DNA of 35,437 nt from an uncultured delta proteobacterium (GCA_963843145.1 CAWJJC010000029.1:1-35437), one strand, 5' to 3'; positions 18,448 to 28,094 are shown, counted from the first letter of the stretch. A program made the numbers and translations. The notes: a model not told the origin generated them from the sequence alone.

Positions 18448-18499
18448 GGACTTAATAAAAAACCCACACCCAAGAGGGCCCGGTTTTTTTATTAAGCCC
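18448..18499. terminator. inverted repeat / possible bidirectional terminator between convergent sfsA and livF
   Basis: GGACTTAATAAAAAACC-N17-GGTTTTTTTATTAAGCCC, with A and T tracts on the two arms. Confidence 0.55.
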
Positions 18500-18999
18500 C
18501 GGGCATAACCGGATCACATCGTTGCTGGTCGGTCAGTTCGAGGCGGTAGAGTTATAGCACCGGTCACTAATGTCGCAAGATCAAAGGCAGATACAGCCTT
18601 CCCCCCAAGGGTCACACCGTACCAATAACCCAAACCGATTCCGTAATGGGTACTGCGGAGTTGCCGATGACCGTCTGTCCGACAATGAGTTTGACGGCGT
18701 AATGAATCGTGAAAGATTTTGCGAAGAAAAATGACAAGAGAGAGAGGAGACCGATCACCTTCTTAATTCAGTGAGGATTGATTTAGGTGTTTTTCAGAAA
18801 CCCGCCGGTTTCGCCTTACGGCACACCTTCCTCCCGGTTACCAAGCAGTAGGTGCAGGGGTGATTTTTTAAACCGGCTTCCTCTTCTGTTCCACCCGCAG
18901 CATTGCGGCGCCAGCCCGGTTCATCATGGGGGATAAGGGGGTTTGGGGGTCAAATGGTTATTTTCTATTTCCTATTCCTTTAATCCTAGGAATCGGCGT

Positions 19000-19707
19000 T
19001 CAGGCCTTCTGCCCCAGAAACGATTCCTTGATCTTCGGGTTTTCCAGCAACTCGGCGGTGGTTCCGCTGAGGACGATTTTGCCGGTTTCTAAAACGTAGG
19101 CATACTGGGAGACTTTCATGGCCTGTTTGACGTTCTGCTCCACCAGGAGGACTGTCGTTCCGTCCTGGTTGATGCGGCGGATGATCCGGAAGATCTCGTT
19201 CACCACCAGCGGGGCCAGCCCCAGGGAAGGCTCATCCAATAATAGCAGTTTGGGGCGGGAGAGGAGGGCCCGGGAGATGGCCAGCATTTGCTGCTCCCCG
19301 CCGGAAAGGGAGCCGCCGGGCTGCCCCTGCCGCTCTTCCAGCCAGGGGAAACGCTCCATTTCTTTTTTGATATCCTGGCGAACCTGGCCGTCGCGGCGCT
19401 GATAGGCCCCCATCTCCAGGTTTTCCAGGACGCTCATCCGGGCCAGGATGGCCCGTCCTTCCGGGACCAGGGCGATGCCCCGTTGCACCACCTTGAAAGG
19501 CGGAAGCCGGGCGATATTCTCGTCCAGAAATAGAATACTTCCTTCTTTCGGTTTGAGCAGGCCGGCGATGGTCTTGAGCAGGGTCGTTTTGCCGGCCCCG
19601 TTGACGCCCAGGATGGTCACAATGGAACCGGAGGGCACCTCCAGGTCCACCCCCTTTAAGGCCCGGATGTTTCCGTAATTGGTCTTCAGCCCTTCGACCC
19701 GCAGCAC
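19000..19707 (-). CDS. livF: branched-chain amino acid ABC transporter ATP-binding protein
   Basis: GVNGAGKTT, VPEGR, LSGGEQQML, LLLDEPSLGLAP and LVEQN. Confidence 0.92.
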   Translation of the reverse strand: MLRVEGLKTNYGNIRALKGVDLEVPSGSIVTILGVNGAGKTTLLKTIAGLLKPKEGSILFLDENIARLPPFKVVQRGIALVPEGRAILARMSVLENLEMGAYQRRDGQVRQDIKKEMERFPWLEERQGQPGGSLSGGEQQMLAISRALLSRPKLLLLDEPSLGLAPLVVNEIFRIIRRINQDGTTVLLVEQNVKQAMKVSQYAYVLETGKIVLSGTTAELLENPKIKESFLGQKA

Positions 19708-19709
19708 GC

Positions 19710-20477
19710 CTATTTTCTCCCTTCTTCCCGACCCAGGTAGGCTTCGATGACCTGGGGATTGTTCTGGATCTCCTGGGGGGCGCCCTCGGCGATCTTCTCG
19801 CCGAAATTAAGGACCACCAGGCGGTCGCAAACCTTCATGACCATAGACATGTCGTGCTCGATCAGCAGGATAGTGATGCCGAACCCCAAAATTTTTTTAA
19901 TCAACCGAGAGATCTCTTCGGTCTCGCTGTCATTCATCCCGGCCACCGGTTCATCCAGAAGAATCAACCGCGGATCCCCGGCCAGGGCCCGGGCGATTTC
20001 CACCCGCCGCTGGTACCCGTAGGGCAGGCTGGAGGCCGGGGAGCGATTGGTTCCCGATAAGCCCACCAGGTCGAGCAGTTCGTCGGTTTTTTCCCTGATC
20101 CGCAACTCTTCTTTTTTTTGAAAACCGGTCCGCAGGACACTGCTCCAAACCCCGGCCCGGCTGCGGGTGTGGCGGCCGACCATGACGTTCTCTTCCACGG
20201 TCATTTGATCGAAAAGACGGATATTTTGAAAGGTCCGGCTGATCCCGCGATTGGTAATCTCGTGGGTAGGGAGGCCGCTGATCTTTTCACCGTTGAAAAA
20301 GATCTCACCGCCCGTAGGGTGTAGAAAGGAGGTGACCACATTGAACAAGGTGGTCTTACCCGCGCCATTGGGACCGATCAGGCCCAGGATTTCCCCCTCC
20401 TCCAACCGGAAGTCCACATCCTTTAAGGCGGCCAGACCGCCGAAAATCATGCTGACCTTCCGGATCTCAAGCAGCAT
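19710..20477 (-). CDS. livG: branched-chain amino acid ABC transporter ATP-binding protein
   Basis: GPNGAGKTT, RTFQNIRLF, LPYGYQRRVEIARAL, IEHDM and VIEAYLG; alternative start at 20489. Confidence 0.92.
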   Translation of the reverse strand: MLLEIRKVSMIFGGLAALKDVDFRLEEGEILGLIGPNGAGKTTLFNVVTSFLHPTGGEIFFNGEKISGLPTHEITNRGISRTFQNIRLFDQMTVEENVMVGRHTRSRAGVWSSVLRTGFQKKEELRIREKTDELLDLVGLSGTNRSPASSLPYGYQRRVEIARALAGDPRLILLDEPVAGMNDSETEEISRLIKKILGFGITILLIEHDMSMVMKVCDRLVVLNFGEKIAEGAPQEIQNNPQVIEAYLGREEGRK

Positions 20478-21408
20478 CTTTCCCCTCATTCCGGCGGCCC
20501 CGAAGCCGATCGAGCAATGTCCGGTCGATCACGCCCTGAGGACGGAAAACCATCATGGCCACCAGTATAGCCCCGTAAATAAAATAACGGTACTCGCTTA
20601 AGCCTCGGAGCAGTTCCGGCATGACCGTCAGGAAGCCGGCTCCGAAAACCGGCCCCCATAACACCTCGCTGCCCCCGAAAACGGCAAAAACCAGTATTTC
20701 CACGGCCCGGTGATAGGTAAAGTCCGCCGGACTGATGTAGCCGGTCACATGGGCGAACAAGGCGCCGGCGAATCCGGCCAGGGCCGCACCCTGCACAAAG
20801 GTTAAAATTTTGTAATAGGTGGTCGGGATACCCATGGCCTCGGCGGCCTTTTCATCCATCCGGATGGCCTCAAAGGCCCGGCCCACCCGAGAGTTCAGGA
20901 GACGGCTAAAAAAAAGTAAGGTCAGCAGGGTAAGGAAAAGGAGAACCAGAAAAATGCTCAAGCTGATAAACTCGTTATTCTTCAGACCCCAGCTTTCCGG
21001 GGAAAACCCGACCGCTTGCAGGCGGGCCAGGATGGTGCGGCCCAGGTGGGGAATTCCGGCGATACCTACCGCCCCGCTGGTCAGGGACTCCCAGTTGATA
21101 AAAACGACGCGAACCACTTCTCCGAAACCCAGCGTGGCAATAGCCAGATAGACCCCGGTGAGACGCAGGGTGGGCAAGCCGATGAGCAGACCCATGAACG
21201 CGGCCAGCAGCCCTCCGGCCAAAAGGCCCAGAGGGATCGGCAGCCCCAGTTTGGCGGTCAGCAGAGCGCTGGTATAGGCGCCGATGCTCATGAATCCGGC
21301 GCTGCCCAGGGACAACTGCCCGGTGCAGAGGGTAATGTAGATACTCAAGGCCAACAGGATATTGATCAGGAGGAAGGAAGCGATTTGGAGATAATAAGGG
21401 TTGATCAT
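20467..21408 (-). CDS. livM: branched-chain amino acid ABC transporter permease
   Basis: GQLSLG, LRLTGVYLAIATLGFGE, SRVGRAFEAIR and FRPQG. Confidence 0.9.
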   Translation of the reverse strand: MINPYYLQIASFLLINILLALSIYITLCTGQLSLGSAGFMSIGAYTSALLTAKLGLPIPLGLLAGGLLAAFMGLLIGLPTLRLTGVYLAIATLGFGEVVRVVFINWESLTSGAVGIAGIPHLGRTILARLQAVGFSPESWGLKNNEFISLSIFLVLLFLTLLTLLFFSRLLNSRVGRAFEAIRMDEKAAEAMGIPTTYYKILTFVQGAALAGFAGALFAHVTGYISPADFTYHRAVEILVFAVFGGSEVLWGPVFGAGFLTVMPELLRGLSEYRYFIYGAILVAMMVFRPQGVIDRTLLDRLRGRRNEGKDAA

Positions 21409-21415
21409 TATTTCC

Positions 21416-22405
21416 TTAAAAAATCATTCCGAGAATATTTCTCGCACCGTCAAACAAAAGCATTGTCAAATTCGAAATCCGAAGCACGAAATTCGAGTTT
21501 AAGCCCAAAAATTTTTTGGCTAACGCTTTGGCTTCCGGCAGGGCCTGGCCGAAAAGGCCTTGGGGACGGATCAACAAAATCACAATGATGGCGATAAAGG
21601 CGATGGCGTCCCGGTAGCCGGAATCTCCGTAGGCCACCATGAAGGTTTCGGACAGGCCGAGGATCAATCCGCCGACCATGGCCCCGTTCACGCTGCCCAT
21701 GCCGCCCATGATGATGATGGCCAGCCCTTTAAGCCCCATGGGCAGGCCCATCTGGTTGTTGACGTAATTGAAGGCCATGCCCACCAGCACCCCGGCGATC
21801 CCGCCCATGGACGAGGCCACCACCACGGTGGAGGTAATGATCCGGCCGGTGTTGATGCCGAGCAGGCTGGCCGTCTCCAGGTTTTCCGCCGTGGCCCGCA
21901 GGGCCTTGCCGGTTTTGGCCTTGGAAAGCCAGGTGGAGAGGCCCACCATCAGAAGAATGGAGATGGCCAGGATGATGACCTGCACCAGGTAAATGGATAC
22001 CGGTCCGACGGTGAACTGGATATCTCCAAAAGAAGTGGGGAACCGTTTATTGCCGGCGCCGAAAAGATGATGGGCCAGGTTTTCCAGAAAAATGGACACG
22101 CCGATGGTGCTGATCAAAGAAGCCAGATGGGAAACCCCTCTTCGACCCCGGAGGGGGCGCAAGGCCAGTCGTTCCAGCAGAAAACCCAAAGCGGCGGTCA
22201 CCAGGATGGCTCCGCCCAGGGCCACCACGACCGGCGCCTCGAAACGGGAAATGAGCAGCATGCCGATGAAGGCCCCGAACATGAAGATCTCCCCGTGGGC
22301 CATGTTGATGATGTCCAGGACCCCGAAGACCAGGGTGTAACCCAAGGCCACAATGGCATAGATACTGCCCAGGGTGATGCCGTTTATTAATTGCTCGAAA
22401 AACAA
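21416..22405 (-). CDS. livH: branched-chain amino acid ABC transporter permease (with an atypical C-terminal tail)
   Basis: NGITLGSIYAIVALGYTLVFGVLDIINMAHGE, GKALRATAEN, GGMGS and LIRPQGLFG. Confidence 0.9.
   Translation of the reverse strand: MFFEQLINGITLGSIYAIVALGYTLVFGVLDIINMAHGEIFMFGAFIGMLLISRFEAPVVVALGGAILVTAALGFLLERLALRPLRGRRGVSHLASLISTIGVSIFLENLAHHLFGAGNKRFPTSFGDIQFTVGPVSIYLVQVIILAISILLMVGLSTWLSKAKTGKALRATAENLETASLLGINTGRIITSTVVVASSMGGIAGVLVGMAFNYVNNQMGLPMGLKGLAIIIMGGMGSVNGAMVGGLILGLSETFMVAYGDSGYRDAIAFIAIIVILLIRPQGLFGQALPEAKALAKKFLGLNSNFVLRISNLTMLLFDGARNILGMIF
21465..21499 (+). repeat. degenerate heptamer tandem repeat (nCGAAAT) within the livH tail
   Basis: GTCAAAT TCGAAAT CCGAAGC ACGAAAT TCGAGTT. 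Confidence 0.6.
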
Positions 22406-22431
22406 ATAGAATTCCTAAAAGATGTATGTCT

Positions 22432-22470
22432 CCCCCTCCCTTGACGGGAAGGGGCCGGGGGGTGGGTGAA
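22432..22470. repeat. REP-like GC-rich hairpin
   Basis: CCCCCTCCC-TTGAC-GGGAAGGGG followed by a G-rich tail. Confidence 0.45.
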
Positions 22471-22534
22471 ATTGGCACACCCCGATATCCCCCCATTAGT
22501 CAAAGTTATTATTCTTCTCCGGAAATTATTAATT

Positions 22535-22676
22535 GTTGAGTTCGCAAAAAGTCCAAAAACCCGTCATTGCGAGCGAAGCGAAGCAATCCCCACATTGGCA
22601 ACTTGCTGATTCTTGGGGATTGCTTCGTCGCTTCGCTCCTCGCAATGACAGCGGGCGGCTTTTTCGAGACCACCAT
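22535..22676. mobile_element. MITE/REP-like nested palindromic element, copy 1
   Basis: Outer ends TTCGCAAAAAGTC ... GGCTTTTTCGA; inner hairpin GTCATTGCGAGCGAAGCGAAGCAATCCCCA ... TGGGGATTGCTTCGTCGCTTCGCTCCTCGCAATGAC (22563-22649); a second copy lies at 23838. Confidence 0.75.
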
Positions 22677-23797
22677 TAATTGAATATTTGAAACTTGCCG
22701 TCCTTGACGATCAGGACATTGGGCTCCATGACCACGTCGCGTTCTTTGTCGAAGGAGAACTTGCCCAACACGCCGTTGTAATTGCGAATGGAGGCTAAGG
22801 CGTCGCGCAGCTTGTCGCGGTCAGCTTTCCCGGCCTTCTTCAGGGCCTCGCCCATGATATACATGGCATCATAGGCCTGGGCGGCGAACTGATCCGGCTT
22901 CTTCCCGTAGGCCTTTTCATACTTCTGAACGAAGGCTTTGACCTTCGGGTCGGCCTTATCCCCGAACCAGGGGGTGGCCACGATCAATCCGTTGGCGGCC
23001 TCTTTGGCGATTTCGATCACTTTGGGGGAGTTGAAGCCGTTGCCGCCCACAAAGGGCACGGTAATCCCCATTTTCCGGGCCTGAGACAATATGACCCCTC
23101 CCTCTTCATAGAGGGCCGAGCAAAAGATGGCATCGGGCTTGGTAGCTTTGATCTTGGTCAATTGGGCCTTGTAATCGGCCTGCCCTTTTTGAAATTCTTC
23201 GATAGTGGTGATCTTGAGACCCAGGTCGGTGGCCACCTTTTTCATGGTGTCAAAGCCCGATTTGGTGAAAACGTCATCGTTCCCGTAGAGCATGGCCACG
23301 CTTTTGATATGGTACTTGGCTACGGCCTTTTTCACCGAAGCCGGGATGGCCAGGGCCTCCGGCAGAGAATTGCGAAAAACATATTTCCCGATCTGGGTGA
23401 TGCCCACGGCGGTGGTGGAGGTACCCATAATCGGGACCCCGCTGGCATTGGCCTCCGGACCGACCACCTTCATTTCCGTGCTCAGCGTGGGGCCGAGGAT
23501 GGCCACCACCTGGTCGGAATTGATCAGTTTCTGGGCCGCCGCCAGGGCTTGTTCCTGTTTGCCCGAAGAATCTTCTATGATCAGGTCGATTTTTACGTCC
23601 CCCTTGGCGTTCAGTTCTCCCGCGGCCAGTTTGAACCCGTTGGTGATAGCCTCCCCGTATCCGGCCCCCGGGCCGGTGATAATGGAAATGACCCCGATCT
23701 TGGCCGCTATCGGCGCTGCCTGAGTGGCCGCAACCGCCAGAAAGAGGACGCTCGCCACGATACCCATTGCTAAAACCCATTGACTCCGCCTTTGCAT
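22676..23797 (-). CDS. livK: branched-chain amino acid ABC transporter substrate-binding protein (LivJ/LivK type)
   Basis: Signal peptide ending ATQA, KIGVISIITG, VVAILGPTLS, DYKAQLTKIK, AAQAYDA and GVLGKFSFD; GGAGG RBS. Confidence 0.88.
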   Translation of the reverse strand: MQRRSQWVLAMGIVASVLFLAVAATQAAPIAAKIGVISIITGPGAGYGEAITNGFKLAAGELNAKGDVKIDLIIEDSSGKQEQALAAAQKLINSDQVVAILGPTLSTEMKVVGPEANASGVPIMGTSTTAVGITQIGKYVFRNSLPEALAIPASVKKAVAKYHIKSVAMLYGNDDVFTKSGFDTMKKVATDLGLKITTIEEFQKGQADYKAQLTKIKATKPDAIFCSALYEEGGVILSQARKMGITVPFVGGNGFNSPKVIEIAKEAANGLIVATPWFGDKADPKVKAFVQKYEKAYGKKPDQFAAQAYDAMYIMGEALKKAGKADRDKLRDALASIRNYNGVLGKFSFDKERDVVMEPNVLIVKDGKFQIFN

Positions 23798-23837
23798 AAT
23801 TCCCTCCTTGTGATAATTTATTTGTAAATTTTTTTCA

Positions 23838-23993
23838 GATGCGTTCGCAAAAAGTCGAAAAAACCGTCATCGCACCCCCCGGACTCAGATCCGGGAGAAG
23901 CAATGTCCACCTTGGCAAGTAGCTGATTATGGGGGATTGCTTCGTCGCTTCCCTCCTCGCAATGACAGCCCCGGGAACTTTTACGGATTTATC
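23838..23993. mobile_element. MITE/REP-like nested palindromic element, copy 2
   Basis: GATGCGTTCGCAAAAAGTC...GTCAT...GAAGCAAT...GGGGATTGCTTCGTCGCTTCCCTCCTCGCAATGACAGC...ACTTTTACGGATTTATC; same orientation as copy 1. Confidence 0.75.
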
Positions 23994-24050
23994 ATTCAAG
24001 GTCCCCACAGAAACTTAAACTTAATAATATTACTTGATTAGCCTTTTCTG

Positions 24051-25291
24051 TCAAGGATTTTTCGTTCCCCATTCCACCGGAATTTCCATTTCCCGGCCAT
24101 CCCGGTGGATCCCGAATCGTTTCAACGGGGTTTTATCGGACAAGGCCCGGTGCAGGTCCTCCAGGGTCTGAATCGGGGTCTCGTTCACCTTCTTGATCAC
24201 ATCCCCTTGTTGAAATCCGGCCTTCTCCGCCCTCCCGCCGGCGGTCAATTCGCCGATGGCAATTCCCTCTCCCCCAGGCAGCGTCTGGATTGTAATTCCC
24301 AGGACCGGTCGATGGGGCTCCGGGGAGGCCGTCGTGATCCACAGGTAGTCCGCCGGCGCGGGTGTCAGCGAGCGAAGGGAATAGTCTGCCGGCAACGGGA
24401 TGACGGTTCGGTACGGTTGGGCCAGGCGTCTTTGGGCGTCACGGGGTACGCCCCTTCCCCCCAGATATGGCCTTTCCCGATCAAAACCACTATTCGAGTG
24501 GTCTCCGGCAACACCTTCAGCGCATCAACCAGGCTTTCGGCCATGGTCTCTTCCCAGGCCAACTGCGCTTCGTAAAAAGTCTCAAAATCCTTGATGCTCC
24601 CCTTTACATGCCTTTCATATTCCTCCAACACGAACTCCCGGTCTTCCGGCTGATCGCTTAAAATAGTCTCTGCCACCCGCCTTCGCTCTTCCGGACTAAG
24701 GCCGGAAAGACCTTGACGGGCAATTTTAGTGACCACCTCTCGGGGAGCGTTCAAACCGATCAGGGGCAGTCTCTTTTCCCGGGCGAACAGGACCATGGGC
24801 CGGTAGAGTCGGAAAGGATACCCCCAGATCTCCTCCCAGTCCACTTTCCGAAGAAAATCCTCTTCCGTTTCTTCCCCTCGGGAAAAACGGTCCAGAAGAG
24901 GCTGGACTTCTCGAGGAAACATCTCCAGGGCCACTGCCAAGGAAGGATGACGATCAAAGAGACCTTTTAAAATCCATTCCTGGATTTGATGATCTTCTGG
25001 ACGGGTATGGGTTTCCCCGATATAAACGACCCGGGCTTCATCCAATCGTTCCAGCAGGACTTCGGGGGAGATGACCTGCCCGGTCCGGGTTTCCAGGATG
25101 TCTCCCGGTTTCAGCCCATCAGGATACTCCTGCGCAGGGATCGGGGGAATGGTCTGTCGGATACCACAACCCGTCAGCAATAAAATAAAAATGACGCCCA
25201 GTTGAAGAAAAGAGATTCTTCGTCCCGCGCTATAGCGGGACTTAGAATGACCAATCCAAAATGACGGAATTTGAGCGAGAATAGCTAACAT
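24051..25291 (-). pseudogene. ChaN-family lipoprotein with C-terminal PDZ domain, split by one frameshift (possibly a sequencing error)
   Basis: Lipobox LTGC, VVYIGETH, LALEMF, AQLAWEETMA and GKGH; after a G6 run near 24460 the frame switches to GVPRDAQRR...ADYLW...LGITI...AEKAGFQQGDVIKKVN (PDZ). Confidence 0.75.
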
Positions 25292-25295
25292 GATC

Positions 25296-26255
25296 TCACA
25301 ACCACAGGAGTTTGAGAAGGATCAATAGAACGGCCACAAAGGCGATATAAGCAAAGCCCACCCTGATTTTGATCTGGTGAATCCTCCGGGCCAGGCCGAT
25401 GCCTATTTGACTTCCCAGCACCACGGTGACCAGGAGGACCAGCACCAGGAGAAGGTCCACGTTGCCCTTCATCGAGTGGGTGAAGGTGCCGTAGCCCATG
25501 GAAAACAGGTTTTCGAAAAAATCGGTGCCGATGGCCACCACCATCGGGCAACCGATGAGGTAGATAAAAGCGGGCAGACGGATAAAGGCCCCCCCCACCC
25601 CCAGCAGGCCCACCAGCAGTCCGGTGATCAGGCCCACCAGCATAATAATCCATAAGGAGATCGATTCGATACCCGAGACCGGCAGAGAGATCATGGGCGG
25701 AAGACGCAGATGCTGCAGTTTGGCCGTCAAGGCCGTGGGTTCGACGGGGAAAAAGCCGCCCTCCCCTTCGCTGCCGGAGGCCCCCCGGGATTCCCGATAA
25801 ACCACCAAACCAATCCAGAACAGCAGGGCCACATAGAAAATACTCAGGACCAGATCCAGATACTGTACGGACCGGCCCAAGACAAGAAAATGACCGGAAC
25901 GCTTCAACCACTCCATGATCTGGGCCCCGCCCTCCACCCCGGCCACGGTGCCGATCAGCATGAACCCACCCAATTTATAGTCCACGTTGTGGAGCCCTTT
26001 GAACTTCATCAGATTCAAGGCGGAGGTGCCCAGCATCTGCCCCAGGTCGCTGCCGACCGCCACGTTGAAGGGAAAACTGAAGAAGCTGTTTAAAAAGGGG
26101 GGCAGGAGAAATCGACCGGCAATCCCGAAGAATCCTACGAGAATCCCTACGAGAAAACCGACCAGAATCACTCCGGCGAGGGAATCGTGAAAACTTAAGT
26201 TTTGGACATGGGCCCAATAAACCGCGATGGGGAAAAAAGGAGGGCCGGAATTCAT
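25296..26255 (-). CDS. sulfite exporter TauE/SafE (TSUP) family membrane protein
   Basis: Duplicated repeats GFFGIAGRFLLPP...AVGSDL and GLLGVGGAFIRLP...AIGTD, plus GNVD; many TM segments. Confidence 0.88.
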   Translation of the reverse strand: MNSGPPFFPIAVYWAHVQNLSFHDSLAGVILVGFLVGILVGFFGIAGRFLLPPFLNSFFSFPFNVAVGSDLGQMLGTSALNLMKFKGLHNVDYKLGGFMLIGTVAGVEGGAQIMEWLKRSGHFLVLGRSVQYLDLVLSIFYVALLFWIGLVVYRESRGASGSEGEGGFFPVEPTALTAKLQHLRLPPMISLPVSGIESISLWIIMLVGLITGLLVGLLGVGGAFIRLPAFIYLIGCPMVVAIGTDFFENLFSMGYGTFTHSMKGNVDLLLVLVLLVTVVLGSQIGIGLARRIHQIKIRVGFAYIAFVAVLLILLKLLWL

Positions 26256-26261
26256 TGGAGT

Positions 26262-26882
26262 CTATCCCTCCTTTAACCGATCCGGGGTTTCTCCGTCGGT
26301 TTCTGCATATTGCTGATCGTCACGAAAACAGGAGGGATGCTTGAAATGTTCCCGGTGGTAATACTTCCAAAGCCGTCGAATGAGCCGCCGGGGTTCATGG
26401 TCGTAAAGCAACTTGGAACCGGTATTTTTCCGGACGATCCGAACCAGGTGCTTGATTTCTGTGGTAATGCCCCCGGTGCCCATCAGGATCCCGATCAGCT
26501 TGCCCTCATCGTAGGCAATAGAGAATTCCCCCAAGGTCCCGGACTTCCCCCCGACAATGACCACCATATCCGAACTACGGATGTTGACCACCTCTCGGCC
26601 CATGAGTCCGCTGCCGGTGAAGATCAGCACATCATGATGCTCCGTGGGAGAATGATATTTGTGCACGTGTTCCCAGAGGCTGAGTCCCGGGGAGATCCCG
26701 ATCACCAGCCCGCCCCGACTGGCCGCCCCTCTGGCCGCTTCCAAAGGGTAGCCGGGACAGGCCCCGGTAATGGTAATCGCATCCTGTTCGGCAATGGCCT
26801 TTCCCAGCTCAAAGGCTAGATGTTTCTCTCTTTCCGGTAAATCCGAACCGGCATGCCCCATAACGCCGATTTTTATCTTCAT
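26262..26882 (-). CDS. SLOG/LOG-like Rossmann-fold protein (TIGR00725-like)
   Basis: IGVMG, ITGACPG, GLVIGISP and RSSDMVVIVGGKSGTLGEFSIAY. Confidence 0.85.
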   Translation of the reverse strand: MKIKIGVMGHAGSDLPEREKHLAFELGKAIAEQDAITITGACPGYPLEAARGAASRGGLVIGISPGLSLWEHVHKYHSPTEHHDVLIFTGSGLMGREVVNIRSSDMVVIVGGKSGTLGEFSIAYDEGKLIGILMGTGGITTEIKHLVRIVRKNTGSKLLYDHEPRRLIRRLWKYYHREHFKHPSCFRDDQQYAETDGETPDRLKEG

Positions 26883-26971
26883 CAATCCCCCTGAAGATTC
26901 TCCGTAATGTCGCAGTACCCCCCATAGCCACCCACGAAGCATGAAAATACTTTAAAGGGGTCGAGTCGGCT

Positions 26972-27094
26972 CGTCATTCCGACAAGTCAGCCGGCGGCTG
27001 AGCGATCCGGAATCCAGGCCACGGTTAAGCCTCAAAAGACCTGGATGCCCCCGGCTTCTACCTGCCGGGGCAGGCTTATCGAGTCCGGATGACG
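26972..27094. repeat. palindromic intergenic element with nested hairpins
   Basis: CGTCATTCCGAC ... GTCCGGATGACG outer arms, ATCCAGG...CCTGGAT inner arms, and small hairpins TCAGCCGGCGGCTGA and CCTGCCGGGGCAGG. Confidence 0.6.
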
Positions 27095-27170
27095 GCAAAG
27101 ACAAATGCCAAGGTGGCGTTGATATTATTTTCATATTAATCTTTCATACTAACCTTTTGTCTGAATGATT

Positions 27171-28094
27171 TCAAGGTTGGGTTTTCTTTTTCAGACTAAT
27201 TCGGCGCTGTTTAATACTCAAACAAACAACAAATCCGATCATGAAAACCGTGGATACAGTGGCCGGCAGGGCCGTGCGCTCGCCGAGCAGAGTCAGGGCC
27301 AGGCCGGCGGCCAGGCCGGTATTCTTGTGAGTCCCCAGCAGCACCAGGCTCAGCCGTTTTCGGGGATCGATCTTGAGGATCCGCCCGACTCTCTCTATGG
27401 CCCAGCCCAGTAAAAAGATGGCGGCCAAGGACACCAGAAAAACGGATAGAATGCTCAGCGGGCGGTTTATCAGTACAGCCCGGTTTAGGCCAACAATAGT
27501 ATAGACGACCAGGAAGAAACCCCAGTTGGTGAGCGCCCCTTTGAAGGGTTCCAGCTTTTCCGAAAAGCCCGACCAGCGCAGCAACCGGGAAATCGCCAAT
27601 GGGACCAGGATCAGCTCGACCATGATCCAAACCAGTTTTTCGCGATCCGCGAATCCGATTCCGAGCAACCCGAAGATAATCAAGGGCATCAAGATCAGGG
27701 CGGCCAGATAGCAGCCAACGGTGGCTACCAGGGAAAATGGACCATCCCCTTTCAGCAGCACGGTAAAGGGGATCACTGCCACGGCCGGGGGTGCCGCTGC
27801 CACCATGACGAACCCGGCCCGAAGTGCCTCCTCTTTGATCAGCAGGGCGCTGAGACCCAGCACCACCCCGCCCTGTACCCCGTAATTCAAAAGCAACCCG
27901 GCCAGGGTCGGGATAACCAGCGAGCGCGGAGAGCGGAAGACACTTCCCGGGATGCCCATGACGGACAGGGTCATGATCACCGCCAGACCGGGAATCACCA
28001 GGTCTCGGGTCCATTGGGCCCCCTGGCCCAGAGACAGACCGAGGACGATGGAGAGGATCAGGAGGAAATCGCGGTTTTTTAGGAGATTAAACAT
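27171..28094 (-). CDS. bile acid:sodium symporter (SBF-like) family membrane protein
   Basis: About 9-10 TM segments, GFVMVAAAPPAVAVIPFTVLLKGD and KNTGLAAGLAL. Confidence 0.75.
   Translation of the reverse strand: MFNLLKNRDFLLILSIVLGLSLGQGAQWTRDLVIPGLAVIMTLSVMGIPGSVFRSPRSLVIPTLAGLLLNYGVQGGVVLGLSALLIKEEALRAGFVMVAAAPPAVAVIPFTVLLKGDGPFSLVATVGCYLAALILMPLIIFGLLGIGFADREKLVWIMVELILVPLAISRLLRWSGFSEKLEPFKGALTNWGFFLVVYTIVGLNRAVLINRPLSILSVFLVSLAAIFLLGWAIERVGRILKIDPRKRLSLVLLGTHKNTGLAAGLALTLLGERTALPATVSTVFMIGFVVCLSIKQRRISLKKKTQP

Noticed and set aside
18560-18670. Possible c-di-GMP-I riboswitch (GCGGAGTTGCCGA resembles its 3' end)
   Set aside because: The GGCAAAC...GAAA...GACGCAAAG core is absent and no gene lies downstream on that strand.
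19118-23780. Many overlapping ORFs opposite or within the liv operon (e.g. 21560-22390, 23162-23773)
   Set aside because: Shadows or alternative frames of well-supported transporter genes.
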